This document shows positions 43,078 through 53,491 of a stretch of DNA of 64,000 bases, in pieces. The stretch covers positions 1-64,000 of the IMG/VR virus record IMGVR_UViG_3300023184_004198, one strand, 5' to 3'. Both the position numbers and the translations under genes were made by a program. Every line of letters begins with the position of its first letter. The stretch's first letter is position 1. The notes below the pieces were generated by a model. It made no database searches. It saw only the letters and a program-made list of their open reading frames with translations, and was not told the DNA's origin.

Positions 43078-44647
43078 AAATTTAGAAACAGTGCTGGTCA
43101 AGGCACCGCACCGCAAAGAAGTATACACAGAAGATGAACTTGTAGAGTTTGCAAAGTGCGCTGATCCTGTTACTGGCCCGTTGTATTTCATGGATAACTT
43201 TTTCTTTATTCAGCATCCCACACGCGGCAAGATGTTGTATCATCCATTTGAGTATCAAAAGCGACTGATTGCTACATATCACAACTACCGATATTCAATA
43301 TCCTTGATGCCTCGACAAACAGGCAAGTCAACGTCGGCCGCTGGTTACTTGTTGTGGTACGCAATGTTTGTGCCAGATTCAACCATCCTTGTGGCTGCAC
43401 ACAAATACACAGGCGCACAAGAGATCATGCAACGTATTAGATACGCATATGAACTGTGCCCTAATCATATCCGAGCAGGTGCTACCAGTTACAACAAGAA
43501 TTCATTGGAATTTGAAAACGGATCACGTATTGTAGCGCAGACCACAACAGAAACAACAGGACGGGGTATGAGTATTTCACTCTTGTACGCTGATGAGTTT
43601 GCATTTGTGCGACCCACTATTGCTAGAGAGTTTTGGACTTCTATTTCACCTACCTTGGCCACAGGTGGTAAGGCTATTATTACAAGTACTCCCAACTCGG
43701 ACGAAGATCAATTCGCATACCTGTGGAAAGGTGCCAACAAGACCATGGACGAACATGGCAACACCACTGAACTGGGCATCAATGGGTTCCGTGCATTTAG
43801 AAGCAACTGGCGTGAGCACCCTGACAGAGATGAGCAGTGGGGACTAGAGCAACTAGCACAGTTGGGTGAAGATCGATTTCGTAGAGAAATGGAATGTGAA
43901 TTTGTTATCAACGACGAAACACTAATTGCTCCTACCAAACTCTTGGACCTGGAAGGCATAGAGCCTCAGCGCAGAACTGGCCAAGTGCGTTGGTACAAAA
44001 CTCCAGTCAAAGACAAAATATACATCGTGGCGTTGGATCCTAGTTTAGGCACTGGTGGTGATCCTGCTGCCATACAGGTATTTGAAGCAGATACCACAGA
44101 ACAAGTGGCTGAATGGCGGCACAATCGCACAGACATTCCCACACAAGTAAAACTGCTGGCAGACATTGTAAAAGAGTTATACGATATCACAAAAGACGAC
44201 AAAAAGATCTATTACAGTGTGGAAAACAATACCATTGGCGAAGCTGCCTTGATAAGCATAAACGAGTATGGGGAAGAAAACATACGAGGATATTTTTTGA
44301 GCGATAACAGTGTAACAGGCACAACTGGGCGTAGATTCCGCAAAGGATTCAACACCACAAACAAAGCCAAGCTCACTGCCTGCAACAAGTTCAAAATTTT
44401 AGTGGAATCAGGACGCATGAAACTGTATAGCAGACCCTTGATTTCGGAACTCAAAACTTTTGTTGCCCATGCCGGTAGTTATGCTGCTAAACCTGGGGAA
44501 ACGGACGATCTTGTAATGGGTTCACTGTTGGCAGTGCGCATGCTGATGATGTTGCAAACATATCATGCAGAATTGGATTCGCACATGAAAGATCATGGCG
44601 ACAATATCATAGAACCTATGCCTTTTATAGTTAGTATGGCACGCTAA
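43058..44647 (+). CDS. gp17: Terminase large subunit
   Basis: PRQTGKS Walker A, LLYADEFAF Walker B, ITSTPN, ALDPSLG and HDD-type ETDDLVM nuclease motif. Confidence 0.95.
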   Translation: MIAPPSKNLETVLVKAPHRKEVYTEDELVEFAKCADPVTGPLYFMDNFFFIQHPTRGKMLYHPFEYQKRLIATYHNYRYSISLMPRQTGKSTSAAGYLLWYAMFVPDSTILVAAHKYTGAQEIMQRIRYAYELCPNHIRAGATSYNKNSLEFENGSRIVAQTTTETTGRGMSISLLYADEFAFVRPTIAREFWTSISPTLATGGKAIITSTPNSDEDQFAYLWKGANKTMDEHGNTTELGINGFRAFRSNWREHPDRDEQWGLEQLAQLGEDRFRREMECEFVINDETLIAPTKLLDLEGIEPQRRTGQVRWYKTPVKDKIYIVALDPSLGTGGDPAAIQVFEADTTEQVAEWRHNRTDIPTQVKLLADIVKELYDITKDDKKIYYSVENNTIGEAALISINEYGEENIRGYFLSDNSVTGTTGRRFRKGFNTTNKAKLTACNKFKILVESGRMKLYSRPLISELKTFVAHAGSYAAKPGETDDLVMGSLLAVRMLMMLQTYHAELDSHMKDHGDNIIEPMPFIVSMAR

Positions 44648-44650
44648 ATA
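44645..44650 (+). promoter_or_regulatory. Late promoter box TAAATA
   Basis: Overlaps the gp17 stop codon, 7 nt before ATG 44658. Confidence 0.6.
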
Positions 44651-44657
44651 CACAACT

Positions 44658-47297
44658 ATGACAATGGAAGCATTACCTCAAGATCTAGCAGATTTCTTGG
44701 TCACACGCAATTTTGACCCAGAATATTTCAACAAAAAAGGCGATCCCTCAGAAGCCAGCGAAGCCACTACCATGAAATTTGACTATGTTGCTGGTTCGGG
44801 CAAAAACTATGGCACAGCAGTATGTGTGATTGCTGATGATGAGCTCAGTTTGTTCTACGGAGACAATCTGGGCCGTGGCATGGAACCCGAAGACAAACAA
44901 GAGTGGTTTGACTTCTTAGAACAACTCAGCAACACTGCTGCCAGCCATGGTGCAACATGGAGTCCTACAGAAATCAACAAACTCAAACACACCTTGGCTG
45001 GTATTGCTGCTATCAAAGAAGGGTTGTTTGAAGGCTACTACGGCAATCGCAAGGTCAGTTACATGGGCGAACAAACTCAAGCTCGCTTGGTAATCAACCA
45101 CAATCGTGTGCTGGGCGAAAACGACAAGCGTTATCGCTATGTGGAAAGCCTGTATATTGAAACAGCAGATCAAGAACGTTTTCGACTGCCATTCAAAAGT
45201 CTAGCAGCCGGCAGAGCCATGCTGGAACATGTACGTCAAGGCGGACGTCCTTACGACATTCGTGGCAATCACATCACAGAGATAGTGAGCGAAATGGCTG
45301 TGCTCAGTCGTTTCAACCGTGCGCAACACCATCGTGTGTACGAAGGTGTCACACAAGAACTTGTGGAAAGCGCACAGCAATACTATCATAACCTACAAGA
45401 AACCATGAAGCATCTTGGCAGCCCACGCGGCTATCGAGCATACTTTGAAAGCTGGGCTCCTGACCAAGTTGGTGAAGCCGAAGCCCTAGTAGAAAATCTA
45501 CGCGACCTGTTTGTAGAACAAACATTGGATGCTAGAATTGAAGCTGCCTTGCCCACACTGGCCAAGATACAAAAACAAGGAAACAACATGAAAGAAGCGC
45601 AAATATTTGAAAACTGGGTCAACCAGTTGAGCGAAGGAACTTGGGCATTGCCAGAAACTCCTGAGCAAATGGAAAAACTCAACCAACTCATGAGTGGCGA
45701 ACTTATTGTTGGTCCAGATGCCACCAATGCCACAGAGCAGTTGTATGACATTGTGGGCGATGATGAACTGTTTGATATTTTGAACGACTTGGCTGACCGT
45801 AGTGAAGGTCGCGCCAATGTTTGGGACGACTCAGATGTACAACGCAGACTGGCTGAACTGGGCATTCAAACCCCTCAGAGCACACAAGCAGAACCTGCTG
45901 ACGTTGAACAAGACACAGCACCCCCAATGATGGAAACTCGCGAAATCCGTAACAAAAAAGGCAGATTACTAGGAACATGGGATGGTCGCGTGTTCACCAT
46001 GGATCCTGAAACAGAACAAATATGGGCTGAAGAAAATGGTCCAGAATGGGTTGAAGATTTTAAAGCCAAAAAAACAGCAGAACTACAACAGCAATCAGCG
46101 CCATCTGAAGACATGATCAAATACTATGCCAACGAATTGGAAAAATATGATGTCCAGGCTGGCCAACCAAGACAGTCTAGACAACAGTATTATGATCTAG
46201 CGGCACAGATGGTATCAGGTGCCCTGGCGGAAGGCGAAGAAGCAGACAACCCCAAGTACAGCATGTCTAACCCAGGAAAACTCAGCAATGACGAATACAA
46301 AGATAGTTTGAATCGTCGATACGGTCAACCTGATTTGGATACTTCAAAGTTCAACAAGTCACATCAAGATTACTATGATCGGAACCCCAGTTTCAAACAA
46401 AGCGGAAAAGAAATTGTCAGTCCTGGTGACGGACGTCTTGCTTCAAAAGTTGTGCCAGCAGTGACTGATACAAACGTAGGTCGTATCCCAATGAACACAC
46501 CCGGTGGTAGTGCCATGCGCGGAGGTGGAGGTATGGGCGGAGGCACAGGACTCGGTGGTAGAAAACCAGGAGATGACTGGAGACTCAATATGCTGAAATT
46601 AGAGAACGCCGACTTGGCCCGCATGTTACAACATGCTGGCGTACCACTGCAAGAAGGTGTGCTGACTGATTCAACAGGCAGCACACTGGAACACATCAAA
46701 GACACATACAAGCGTGACGTCAAAGACTTCATGCAAACTGGCGAAATGAGTCGTCATTTGGAGCAAGTATTGTATGATTATTACTATGACGATATGCCAT
46801 ATGGCGCGAAAACTGGTGAAGACATAGATACATCTGAATGGATCAGTGATCGTTTTGCCGAAGATCTTGGCATGAATGAAAACCTAATCACCCCAATGAT
46901 CATGCCAGTAAGCGAAGGATCATGCAACATGACCATGGAAGGTTCTTACTGCCCAGAACACGGCCTGGCTGAATGTGGTGGCATGTATGAAGATGAGTAC
47001 ATACCACGTGTTGAAATCCGTGGTTTTGGTCCTGATTTTGAAGACCTTCCAGCAGGAAAAAAACTAATCAATCCAATGCAGCCACGTGTCCATAATGCGC
47101 TGTCTCCACTCACACCTGGAGACAGTAGTCCAATGCCTCCAGTGGCCAATGTTGACTTGACAGTGGATGAAGGCAACGATGATCCAATCAATTCAAACTC
47201 CGCCATTACTGGAAGTTATTATGAGGGCAAGGAATACCAATCTCAAGAAGGCGATGCACTTTTGGCAAGAATAAAATCACTGGCTTTGCTCAAATGA
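44658..47297 (+). CDS. Large acidic late protein, probably head-internal and modular
   Basis: 879 aa with a globular N-terminal third, then modules bounded by hydrophobic-x-Glu sites. Ends LLARIKSLALLK. Confidence 0.5.
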   Translation: MTMEALPQDLADFLVTRNFDPEYFNKKGDPSEASEATTMKFDYVAGSGKNYGTAVCVIADDELSLFYGDNLGRGMEPEDKQEWFDFLEQLSNTAASHGATWSPTEINKLKHTLAGIAAIKEGLFEGYYGNRKVSYMGEQTQARLVINHNRVLGENDKRYRYVESLYIETADQERFRLPFKSLAAGRAMLEHVRQGGRPYDIRGNHITEIVSEMAVLSRFNRAQHHRVYEGVTQELVESAQQYYHNLQETMKHLGSPRGYRAYFESWAPDQVGEAEALVENLRDLFVEQTLDARIEAALPTLAKIQKQGNNMKEAQIFENWVNQLSEGTWALPETPEQMEKLNQLMSGELIVGPDATNATEQLYDIVGDDELFDILNDLADRSEGRANVWDDSDVQRRLAELGIQTPQSTQAEPADVEQDTAPPMMETREIRNKKGRLLGTWDGRVFTMDPETEQIWAEENGPEWVEDFKAKKTAELQQQSAPSEDMIKYYANELEKYDVQAGQPRQSRQQYYDLAAQMVSGALAEGEEADNPKYSMSNPGKLSNDEYKDSLNRRYGQPDLDTSKFNKSHQDYYDRNPSFKQSGKEIVSPGDGRLASKVVPAVTDTNVGRIPMNTPGGSAMRGGGGMGGGTGLGGRKPGDDWRLNMLKLENADLARMLQHAGVPLQEGVLTDSTGSTLEHIKDTYKRDVKDFMQTGEMSRHLEQVLYDYYYDDMPYGAKTGEDIDTSEWISDRFAEDLGMNENLITPMIMPVSEGSCNMTMEGSYCPEHGLAECGGMYEDEYIPRVEIRGFGPDFEDLPAGKKLINPMQPRVHNALSPLTPGDSSPMPPVANVDLTVDEGNDDPINSNSAITGSYYEGKEYQSQEGDALLARIKSLALLK

Positions 47298-47337
47298 TAT
47301 AAATACACTTGACACGTAGACAAGAAGCGCATATACT
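47298..47337 (+). promoter_or_regulatory. Tandem late (TATAAATA) and sigma70 (TTGACA-N17-TATACT) promoters for gp32
   Basis: TATAAATA at 47298-47305, TTGACA at 47309-14 and TATACT at 47332-37. Confidence 0.85.
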
Positions 47338-47370
47338 ACTACAGTGTTTGCGCTTTTTTGTTTGTGTCAC

Positions 47371-47418
47371 AGGCAACTAAGATCTAAACATTTAGATAGG
47401 CAACATAACATAGGCAAC
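47371..47418 (+). repeat. Three AGGCAAC repeats and a small hairpin in the gp32 leader
   Basis: AGGCAAC at 47371, 47398 and 47412; ATCTAA/TTAGAT stem at 47382-47397. Confidence 0.6.
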
Positions 47419-47437
47419 TTATCAAGGAGAAAAAACT

Positions 47438-48433
47438 ATGGCATCATTAGCAGAAATCAGAGCAAGACTACAGGCAGCAGAGGGTAACAAAGGTGGGCAA
47501 TCCACCGGTGGAGACAATTCAATTTATCCACATTGGAACATGGAAGAAGGGCAAAGTGCAACACTGCGATTCCTTCCCGATGCAAATATAAAAAACACAT
47601 TTTTCTGGCAAGAACGAGCAATGATTCGTTTACCATTCGCTGGCATCAAAGGCGAAGGTGATTCTAAACAAGTGTACGTGCAAGTACCTTGTGTGGAAAT
47701 GTGGGGCGAAGCATGTCCTATCTTGGCAGAAGTACGCACCTGGTTCAAGGACAAGAGCCTTGAAGAAATGGGTCGCAAATACTGGAAGAAACGTTCATAC
47801 ATTTTCCAAGGATTTGTGCGTGAGAACCCACTGGCCGACGACAAGACACCAGAGAATCCAATCCGACGTTTCATCATCGGACCACAAATCTTTGCCACCA
47901 TCAAAGGTGCGCTGATGGATCCTGAATTGGAAGAAATGCCCACAGACACACTGCGTGGTTTGGACTTCCGTATCACTAAAACCAGCAAGGGTGGCTATGC
48001 TGATTACAGTACAAGCAAGTGGGCACGTAAAGAATCAGCATTAACTGAAGCCGAACAAGCCGCAGTTGCCGCACATGGTGCGTTTGACTTGAGCACATTC
48101 CTGCCTAAGAAGCCAGGCGATGTCGAACTCAAAGTCATCAAAGAGATGTTCGAAGCAAGTGTGGATGGACAGCCTTACGACACAGAGCGTTGGGGTCAAT
48201 ACTTCCGTCCTGCTGGTGTTCAAGCACCCGGCGGTGCCGGAGCCGCACATGCTGACGAGGATACTCCTGCGCCAGCAGCCAAGCCTGTTGCCAAAGCAGC
48301 GCCTGCTCCAGCAGACAATGGGTTTGATGACGACGACACTCCCACAGCAGCCGCACCAGTGGCCAAGCCTGCAGCCAGTGGACAAAATGCCCAGGACATC
48401 CTGGCCATGATTCGTAGCCGTCAAGCCAAGTAA
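47438..48433 (+). CDS. gp32: Single-stranded DNA-binding protein
   Basis: LRFLP...CVEMWGEACP...YWKKRSYIFQGFV...FIIGPQIF...GLDFRITKT...YADYSTSKW, with an acidic Ala/Pro tail. Confidence 0.9.
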   Translation: MASLAEIRARLQAAEGNKGGQSTGGDNSIYPHWNMEEGQSATLRFLPDANIKNTFFWQERAMIRLPFAGIKGEGDSKQVYVQVPCVEMWGEACPILAEVRTWFKDKSLEEMGRKYWKKRSYIFQGFVRENPLADDKTPENPIRRFIIGPQIFATIKGALMDPELEEMPTDTLRGLDFRITKTSKGGYADYSTSKWARKESALTEAEQAAVAAHGAFDLSTFLPKKPGDVELKVIKEMFEASVDGQPYDTERWGQYFRPAGVQAPGGAGAAHADEDTPAPAAKPVAKAAPAPADNGFDDDDTPTAAAPVAKPAASGQNAQDILAMIRSRQAK

Positions 48434-49053
48434 TGCGAACGGCTCTGGACACAGAGCTGTTTCCAAAACTGTGTGAAGTGGTAGAAATGCCACTTCACAA
48501 TCAATGGGTTTATCTGATTCAGAAGAATGGAAACAGTAGTTTGCGGATTCAGCAGTCAAGAGACAATCTTGCTGTGTTCACCAATGACGAAATAAGTGCT
48601 CTTGATTATGTAGATGTGTATATCCGTAATCCCAGAGCCAGGTATGTCAGTGGCATCAACACTTACTTGCAACATCTTCAACGCGACCACCCTGAGTTAG
48701 ATTACAACACCGCATTTTGGTTTGCCCGACGTTATAAATTTTTAAACACACACTACTTGCCGCAATTTCATTGGTTGGCAAATCTCAGCCAGTATTTGCG
48801 CACAGATACAAAAATACGTTTTAGAGATTTTAAAAATTTCAGTCTGATTGTCAATATAAATCATGACGCATACATAACAAAACCAACACAGGTTTTTGTT
48901 GAAAAATTATTTCAAGATGACAAGTCAATCGAACTTTGGTTGTTCTTGGATCAAATTTTGTTGGATCTAGCAGGCCAAGAAATGACCTGGACACAATTGT
49001 TAGATCATTACCAACGTTACCACCCTGATATTATAAAATATGTATTGCCCTAG
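48433..49053 (+). CDS. Sulfotransferase family 2-like protein
   Basis: IQKNGNSSL (5'-PSB-like loop), YIRNPRARYVSG (3'-PB-like) and HYLPQ. Confidence 0.55.
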   Translation: MRTALDTELFPKLCEVVEMPLHNQWVYLIQKNGNSSLRIQQSRDNLAVFTNDEISALDYVDVYIRNPRARYVSGINTYLQHLQRDHPELDYNTAFWFARRYKFLNTHYLPQFHWLANLSQYLRTDTKIRFRDFKNFSLIVNINHDAYITKPTQVFVEKLFQDDKSIELWLFLDQILLDLAGQEMTWTQLLDHYQRYHPDIIKYVLP

Positions 49054-50017
49054 ACTAGATCATTTTGTTCGTTTTAATTTTGATGGATCAGTTGGTCGTT
49101 GTGGTCATATGACCGCAGCACCGCAGTTTGAAACACTGCAACAAATGGATTCCAGCGATTGGCTTGCAAAGATTCGTACTTCAATGAGCCAAGATGTTTG
49201 GCCGGAAGAATGTGTTCGTTGCAAAGAAGTTGAAATCATTGGTAATAAAAGTGTTAGACAACAATCATTGGATAGACATGCACCGCTGTTGGATGTTAGA
49301 TCCGATTATCTTGTGCTGGGCGGCGTACTAGACAATGTGTGCAACAGTGCATGCCAAACTTGCAATGAAACACTCAGCACCAAGATAGGTAGTTTGCATT
49401 CAAAAGAATACACCAAAATCAACAACACCGCGTTGATTGACACATTGCCAGTGGAACGCATTGTGCAAATGGACATCAACGGTGGTGAGCCTAGTACCAG
49501 TCCTAACTATTTAAAACTGTTGGAAAATTTACCGCCCAACGTCAAACATGTACGAGTCAATACCAATGGCAGCAGATTAATCACAGTGCTGCCTAAATTA
49601 ATTGAACGTGGCATCAAAGTCACTGTGACCGTGAGCCTGGATGGCATTGATCGTAGACACGATTATGTAAGGTGGCCCATCAAATGGCAGGATGTTGAAC
49701 AAAACATTCAAGCATATCAAACCATGGGCTTGCATGAATTAAATACCTGGACCACAGTGAGCGCATTAAACATTGGTGATTTGAAGAACATTTTTTCTTA
49801 TGTACAACAGAACAATTTAAAAAATTCTTGGGCATTGTTAGAAAATCCTTCTGTGCTGAGTGTAAAGTACAGCAATCATTTAACAAGGCAAGCAGATGTG
49901 CCAGACGAACTAAAATCCGTTGTAGCACAAGGACCAGACAACACTGTGGAATTACAGTTGTGGACCACAGCACAAGATCAGTTGCGTGGCATCAAACTCT
50001 GGGATTATTTTCAATGA
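49040..50017 (+). CDS. Radical SAM protein with N-terminal twitch domain (#3)
   Basis: CPRL...GRCGH...CVRC, CNSACQTC, NGGEP and RVNTNGS. Confidence 0.9.
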   Translation: MYCPRLDHFVRFNFDGSVGRCGHMTAAPQFETLQQMDSSDWLAKIRTSMSQDVWPEECVRCKEVEIIGNKSVRQQSLDRHAPLLDVRSDYLVLGGVLDNVCNSACQTCNETLSTKIGSLHSKEYTKINNTALIDTLPVERIVQMDINGGEPSTSPNYLKLLENLPPNVKHVRVNTNGSRLITVLPKLIERGIKVTVTVSLDGIDRRHDYVRWPIKWQDVEQNIQAYQTMGLHELNTWTTVSALNIGDLKNIFSYVQQNNLKNSWALLENPSVLSVKYSNHLTRQADVPDELKSVVAQGPDNTVELQLWTTAQDQLRGIKLWDYFQ

Positions 50018-50589
50018 AAATAGCCATCACAGGTCATACCGCAGGTATAGGTCAGGCATTTGCAAAAATTCTTTCAGGCCGTGGACATGAAATCATAGGC
50101 CTAAGCAAACGACATGGCGACAACATTAGAAACACTGTTAAAATTTTAGAAAAAATAACACCCTGTGACATGTTCATAAACAATGCACAGGCCGGATATG
50201 CTCAGACTGAATTGTTGTATGCTGTGTGGCAAGCCTGGCAAGATCAACCAGGCAAATACATATGGTGCATTGGCACAATGATGACACAGTCACCAGTGGA
50301 TCAGGCCGTACCAGGATACAGCGACCTAGTAATGAGTCAATATCGAAATCAAAAAATTGCATTGGATGATGCAATAACCCAACTGCGCAACAAAAAACAC
50401 ATGCCAGTTATTACCATGATCAGACCAGGTGCAATAGCCACACAACCTGACCAACTGTCTGAATGGCCTTATTGTGATGTTGATACATGGGCCGATACAG
50501 TGGTGTCAACCATGGTGCTGGCCAACAAACAAGGCATGCGATACAATGAACTGGCATTGTGTGCTGCCAAGAACTCAATGCCTTTGTAA
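50014..50589 (+). CDS. Short-chain dehydrogenase/reductase-like protein
   Basis: MKIAITGHTAGIGQAF Rossmann motif, FINNA, YxxxK (YRNQK) and MIRPG. Confidence 0.8.
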   Translation: MKIAITGHTAGIGQAFAKILSGRGHEIIGLSKRHGDNIRNTVKILEKITPCDMFINNAQAGYAQTELLYAVWQAWQDQPGKYIWCIGTMMTQSPVDQAVPGYSDLVMSQYRNQKIALDDAITQLRNKKHMPVITMIRPGAIATQPDQLSEWPYCDVDTWADTVVSTMVLANKQGMRYNELALCAAKNSMPL

Positions 50590-51746
50590 TGGATGCCAAA
50601 CAAATATTAACCAACCGTGCATTTTGTCCTGTGCCGTGGACTGGCATCATGTACAACTTTGACGGCACAGTTAAAAACTGTATTCGCAGTGCTGAACCCA
50701 TTGGCAACATCAACAACAATACCATTGAAGAAATTCTAAGAGATGATTATCTAATCAAATCAGACATGCATGCTGGGATAAAATTTGGTCGCTGTGATCC
50801 TTGCTACAATTTAGAACAAGATAAAAACAATTTCAATATCATAAGTGACAGAGTGTTTTATCTCAAAGAATTGCGCGATGTAGACAATACTTTGTATGAT
50901 ACCGCCAACCATGCTTTGCACACTGTGGACATACGCTGGAGCAATCTATGTAATTTTGCCTGTGTGTACTGCAATCCAGAATTCAGTAGCAAATGGGCCA
51001 GCGAGCGCAACATAGTCATACACACTCCAGAGGACCAAAAACGTGAAGCATTCAAACAATACATTTTTGATCGTGCTGGGCAACTCAAACATGTGTATCT
51101 AGCCGGTGGTGAACCGCTGTTGATGAAAGAGAATTTGGAATTTTTAGAACTGTTAAAAAAGGTCAATCCAAAGATCAATCTCAGAGTCAACACCAATCTC
51201 AGCAAAGTAGACACACGCATATTTGATTTGATCTGCGAATTTAAAAATGTGCATTGGATTGTGAGCATAGAGGCTTTGGAAGCAGAATACGAATACATAC
51301 GGCATGGCGGGGCATGGCAAGATTTTGTGGATAACTTGCAAGTTATCAAACACCTGAATCACAAAATATCATTCAACATGTTACACTTTTTGTTAAACCA
51401 TTTCAGTATTTTTGATTGTGTGGATTACCTATCTGGACAAGGATTTCACAACAACAGTTTTATAATTGGGCCAGTGACCGGACCGGCATACCTAAATATT
51501 AGACATCTGCCGGACAATGTGTTAAACTCAGTGAAGAAGATGCTGTCAGATCGTGTTGCTCAACAACCAGGTTATTTGTTGGAAAACGGTTACAAAAACA
51601 TGTTGACACATCTAGATCAGCCGTTTGAAAAAGATCTAGCAGGGTCCTTTGAAAAAATAGCCGACATGGATCAACGGCGTAAATTAGACAGCAGAGCAAT
51701 TTTTAAAGATTTATACAAGGAAGAAAATCATGGGAAAACCATTTGA
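50589..51746 (+). CDS. Radical SAM protein with N-terminal twitch domain (#4)
   Basis: CPVPW...KNC...CDPC, CNFACVYC and AGGEP. Confidence 0.9.
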   Translation: MDAKQILTNRAFCPVPWTGIMYNFDGTVKNCIRSAEPIGNINNNTIEEILRDDYLIKSDMHAGIKFGRCDPCYNLEQDKNNFNIISDRVFYLKELRDVDNTLYDTANHALHTVDIRWSNLCNFACVYCNPEFSSKWASERNIVIHTPEDQKREAFKQYIFDRAGQLKHVYLAGGEPLLMKENLEFLELLKKVNPKINLRVNTNLSKVDTRIFDLICEFKNVHWIVSIEALEAEYEYIRHGGAWQDFVDNLQVIKHLNHKISFNMLHFLLNHFSIFDCVDYLSGQGFHNNSFIIGPVTGPAYLNIRHLPDNVLNSVKKMLSDRVAQQPGYLLENGYKNMLTHLDQPFEKDLAGSFEKIADMDQRRKLDSRAIFKDLYKEENHGKTI

Positions 51747-52785
51747 CGTAAGCAAGTTCCGTAAGGAAATTACCAAAAGCATTGACGGACTGTCAATTGG
51801 CTTTAACGATCCCACAGACTGGATCTCAACAGGCAATTATGCACTAAACTATTTGATCTCAGGCGATTTCAATCGCGGCATTCCCCTAGGCAAGGTCACG
51901 GTGTTTGCTGGCGATTCTGGCGCAGGCAAATCATACATTTGTTCAGGCAATATCATCAAGAATGCACAAGAGCAAGGTATTTTTGTTGTGCTGATTGATA
52001 GTGAGAACGCCTTGGACGAAGATTGGCTCAAAGCTTTGGGTGTGGACACAAGCGAAAGCAAACTGTTGAAACTTTCAATGGCCATGATTGATGACGTGGC
52101 CAAGACCATATCAACATTCATGAGCGACTACAAAGCATTACCCGAAGGCGAACGTCCCAAGGTCATGTTTGTGATTGACAGCTTGGGCATGTTGTTGACT
52201 CCCACAGACGTAAACCAGTTTGATGCAGGCGAAATGAAGGGTGACCTTGGTCGTAAACCCAAAGCTCTCACTGCCTTGGTGCGTAACTGTGTGAACATGT
52301 TTGGTTCATACAATGTAGGTTTGGTTTGTACCAATCACACATACGCAAGTCAGGACATGTTTGACCCCGATGATAAAATCAGTGGTGGACAAGGCTTTAT
52401 CTACGCCAGTTCAATTGTTGTGGCCATGAAGAAGATGAAGCTCAAAGAGGACGAAGACGGCAACAAAGTGTCAGATGTCAACGGTATTCGTGCAGGCTGT
52501 AAGGTTATGAAAACACGCTATGCCAAGCCTTTTGAAGGTGTGCAGGTCAAGATTCCTTACACCACAGGTATGAGTCCTTACTCAGGCTTGGTGGACTTGA
52601 TTGAAAAGAAAGAATTGCTCAAGCGTGAAGGCAACAGCCTGGTGTTTACCACGTCAGATGGCGAGATCATCAAGAAGTTCCGCAAAGCCTGGGAAAAGAA
52701 CGATGATGGTTGCTTGGACAAAGTCATGGCAGACTTCAAGAACATCAAGTCAGAGGTAAGTACGTCTGACGCTGTTGAAGAATAA
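51730..52785 (+). CDS. uvsX: RecA/UvsX-like recombinase
   Basis: WISTGNYALNYLISG, GDSGAGKS Walker A, IDSENALD, VIDSLG and SGGQGFIYASS. Confidence 0.95.
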   Translation: MGKPFDVSKFRKEITKSIDGLSIGFNDPTDWISTGNYALNYLISGDFNRGIPLGKVTVFAGDSGAGKSYICSGNIIKNAQEQGIFVVLIDSENALDEDWLKALGVDTSESKLLKLSMAMIDDVAKTISTFMSDYKALPEGERPKVMFVIDSLGMLLTPTDVNQFDAGEMKGDLGRKPKALTALVRNCVNMFGSYNVGLVCTNHTYASQDMFDPDDKISGGQGFIYASSIVVAMKKMKLKEDEDGNKVSDVNGIRAGCKVMKTRYAKPFEGVQVKIPYTTGMSPYSGLVDLIEKKELLKREGNSLVFTTSDGEIIKKFRKAWEKNDDGCLDKVMADFKNIKSEVSTSDAVEE

Positions 52786-52792
52786 ACACAAA

Positions 52793-53491
52793 ATGAATAA
52801 AACCGTACAAGTAACTGATGCCAATCCTGTGGTTGAAATACGTTCAAAATATCCCAAACTTTATGTCATGTGGGTAATTGGTATACGGTGTAATTTTGCT
52901 TGTAGTTATTGCCCCGATGTTTGGCATGATAAACACAGCCCACATAAAACGTTGGATGAATTAAAAGATGCTTGGCGCAAACTTGTACAACAGGCACAAA
53001 ATAATTCTAAGAGATTGTCTGTGAGTATTCTTGGTGGTGAACCCACACTGAATCCAAATTTGTTATCTTTTTTGCAATGGGTAAAAGTATACTATCGTCA
53101 ACATAATGTTGAAGTAGCAGTTTATTCCAATGGCACTGCTTCACTTGATGATTACAAAAAATTAAGCAAATATTGTAATTTTAATTTTTCCACTCATAGT
53201 GAATTTATGAACGAATCTAAGTTTTTTTCCACTGTAACAAGTTTGTCTCAATATGTTAAAGAACAGAATATAAATTGTCATGTAAATGTGTTGGTCATGG
53301 ATGAAGAGTGGAACAAAGACCGAACAGTAGAATACATTGCATATCTCAAAGAAAATAATATAAATTATCAAGTATCTCCAGTTGAGCCAGTGTGGCAACC
53401 GGGAACAAATTGGCCCGAACAAAATATAAAGTCCAGTGCCGGGACAAAAAAAACAAACAAGGTAAATTTTTATGACCGTATTTCTAACTGA
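52793..53491 (+). CDS. Radical SAM protein (#5), core domain only
   Basis: CNFACSYC, LGGEPTLNP, YSNG and FSTHSE. No auxiliary cluster domain in this ORF. Confidence 0.85.
   Translation: MNKTVQVTDANPVVEIRSKYPKLYVMWVIGIRCNFACSYCPDVWHDKHSPHKTLDELKDAWRKLVQQAQNNSKRLSVSILGGEPTLNPNLLSFLQWVKVYYRQHNVEVAVYSNGTASLDDYKKLSKYCNFNFSTHSEFMNESKFFSTVTSLSQYVKEQNINCHVNVLVMDEEWNKDRTVEYIAYLKENNINYQVSPVEPVWQPGTNWPEQNIKSSAGTKKTNKVNFYDRISN

Noticed and set aside
43058-44647. Intein or intron in terminase, UvsX or capsid genes
   Set aside because: Lengths are ordinary, motifs are contiguous, and no Cys...His-Asn splice signature was seen.
53464-53470. A-AAT-TTT heptamer as a -1 frameshift joining radical SAM #5 to the next ORF
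   Set aside because: The downstream ORF is in the +1 frame, so a -1 slip would not fuse them.
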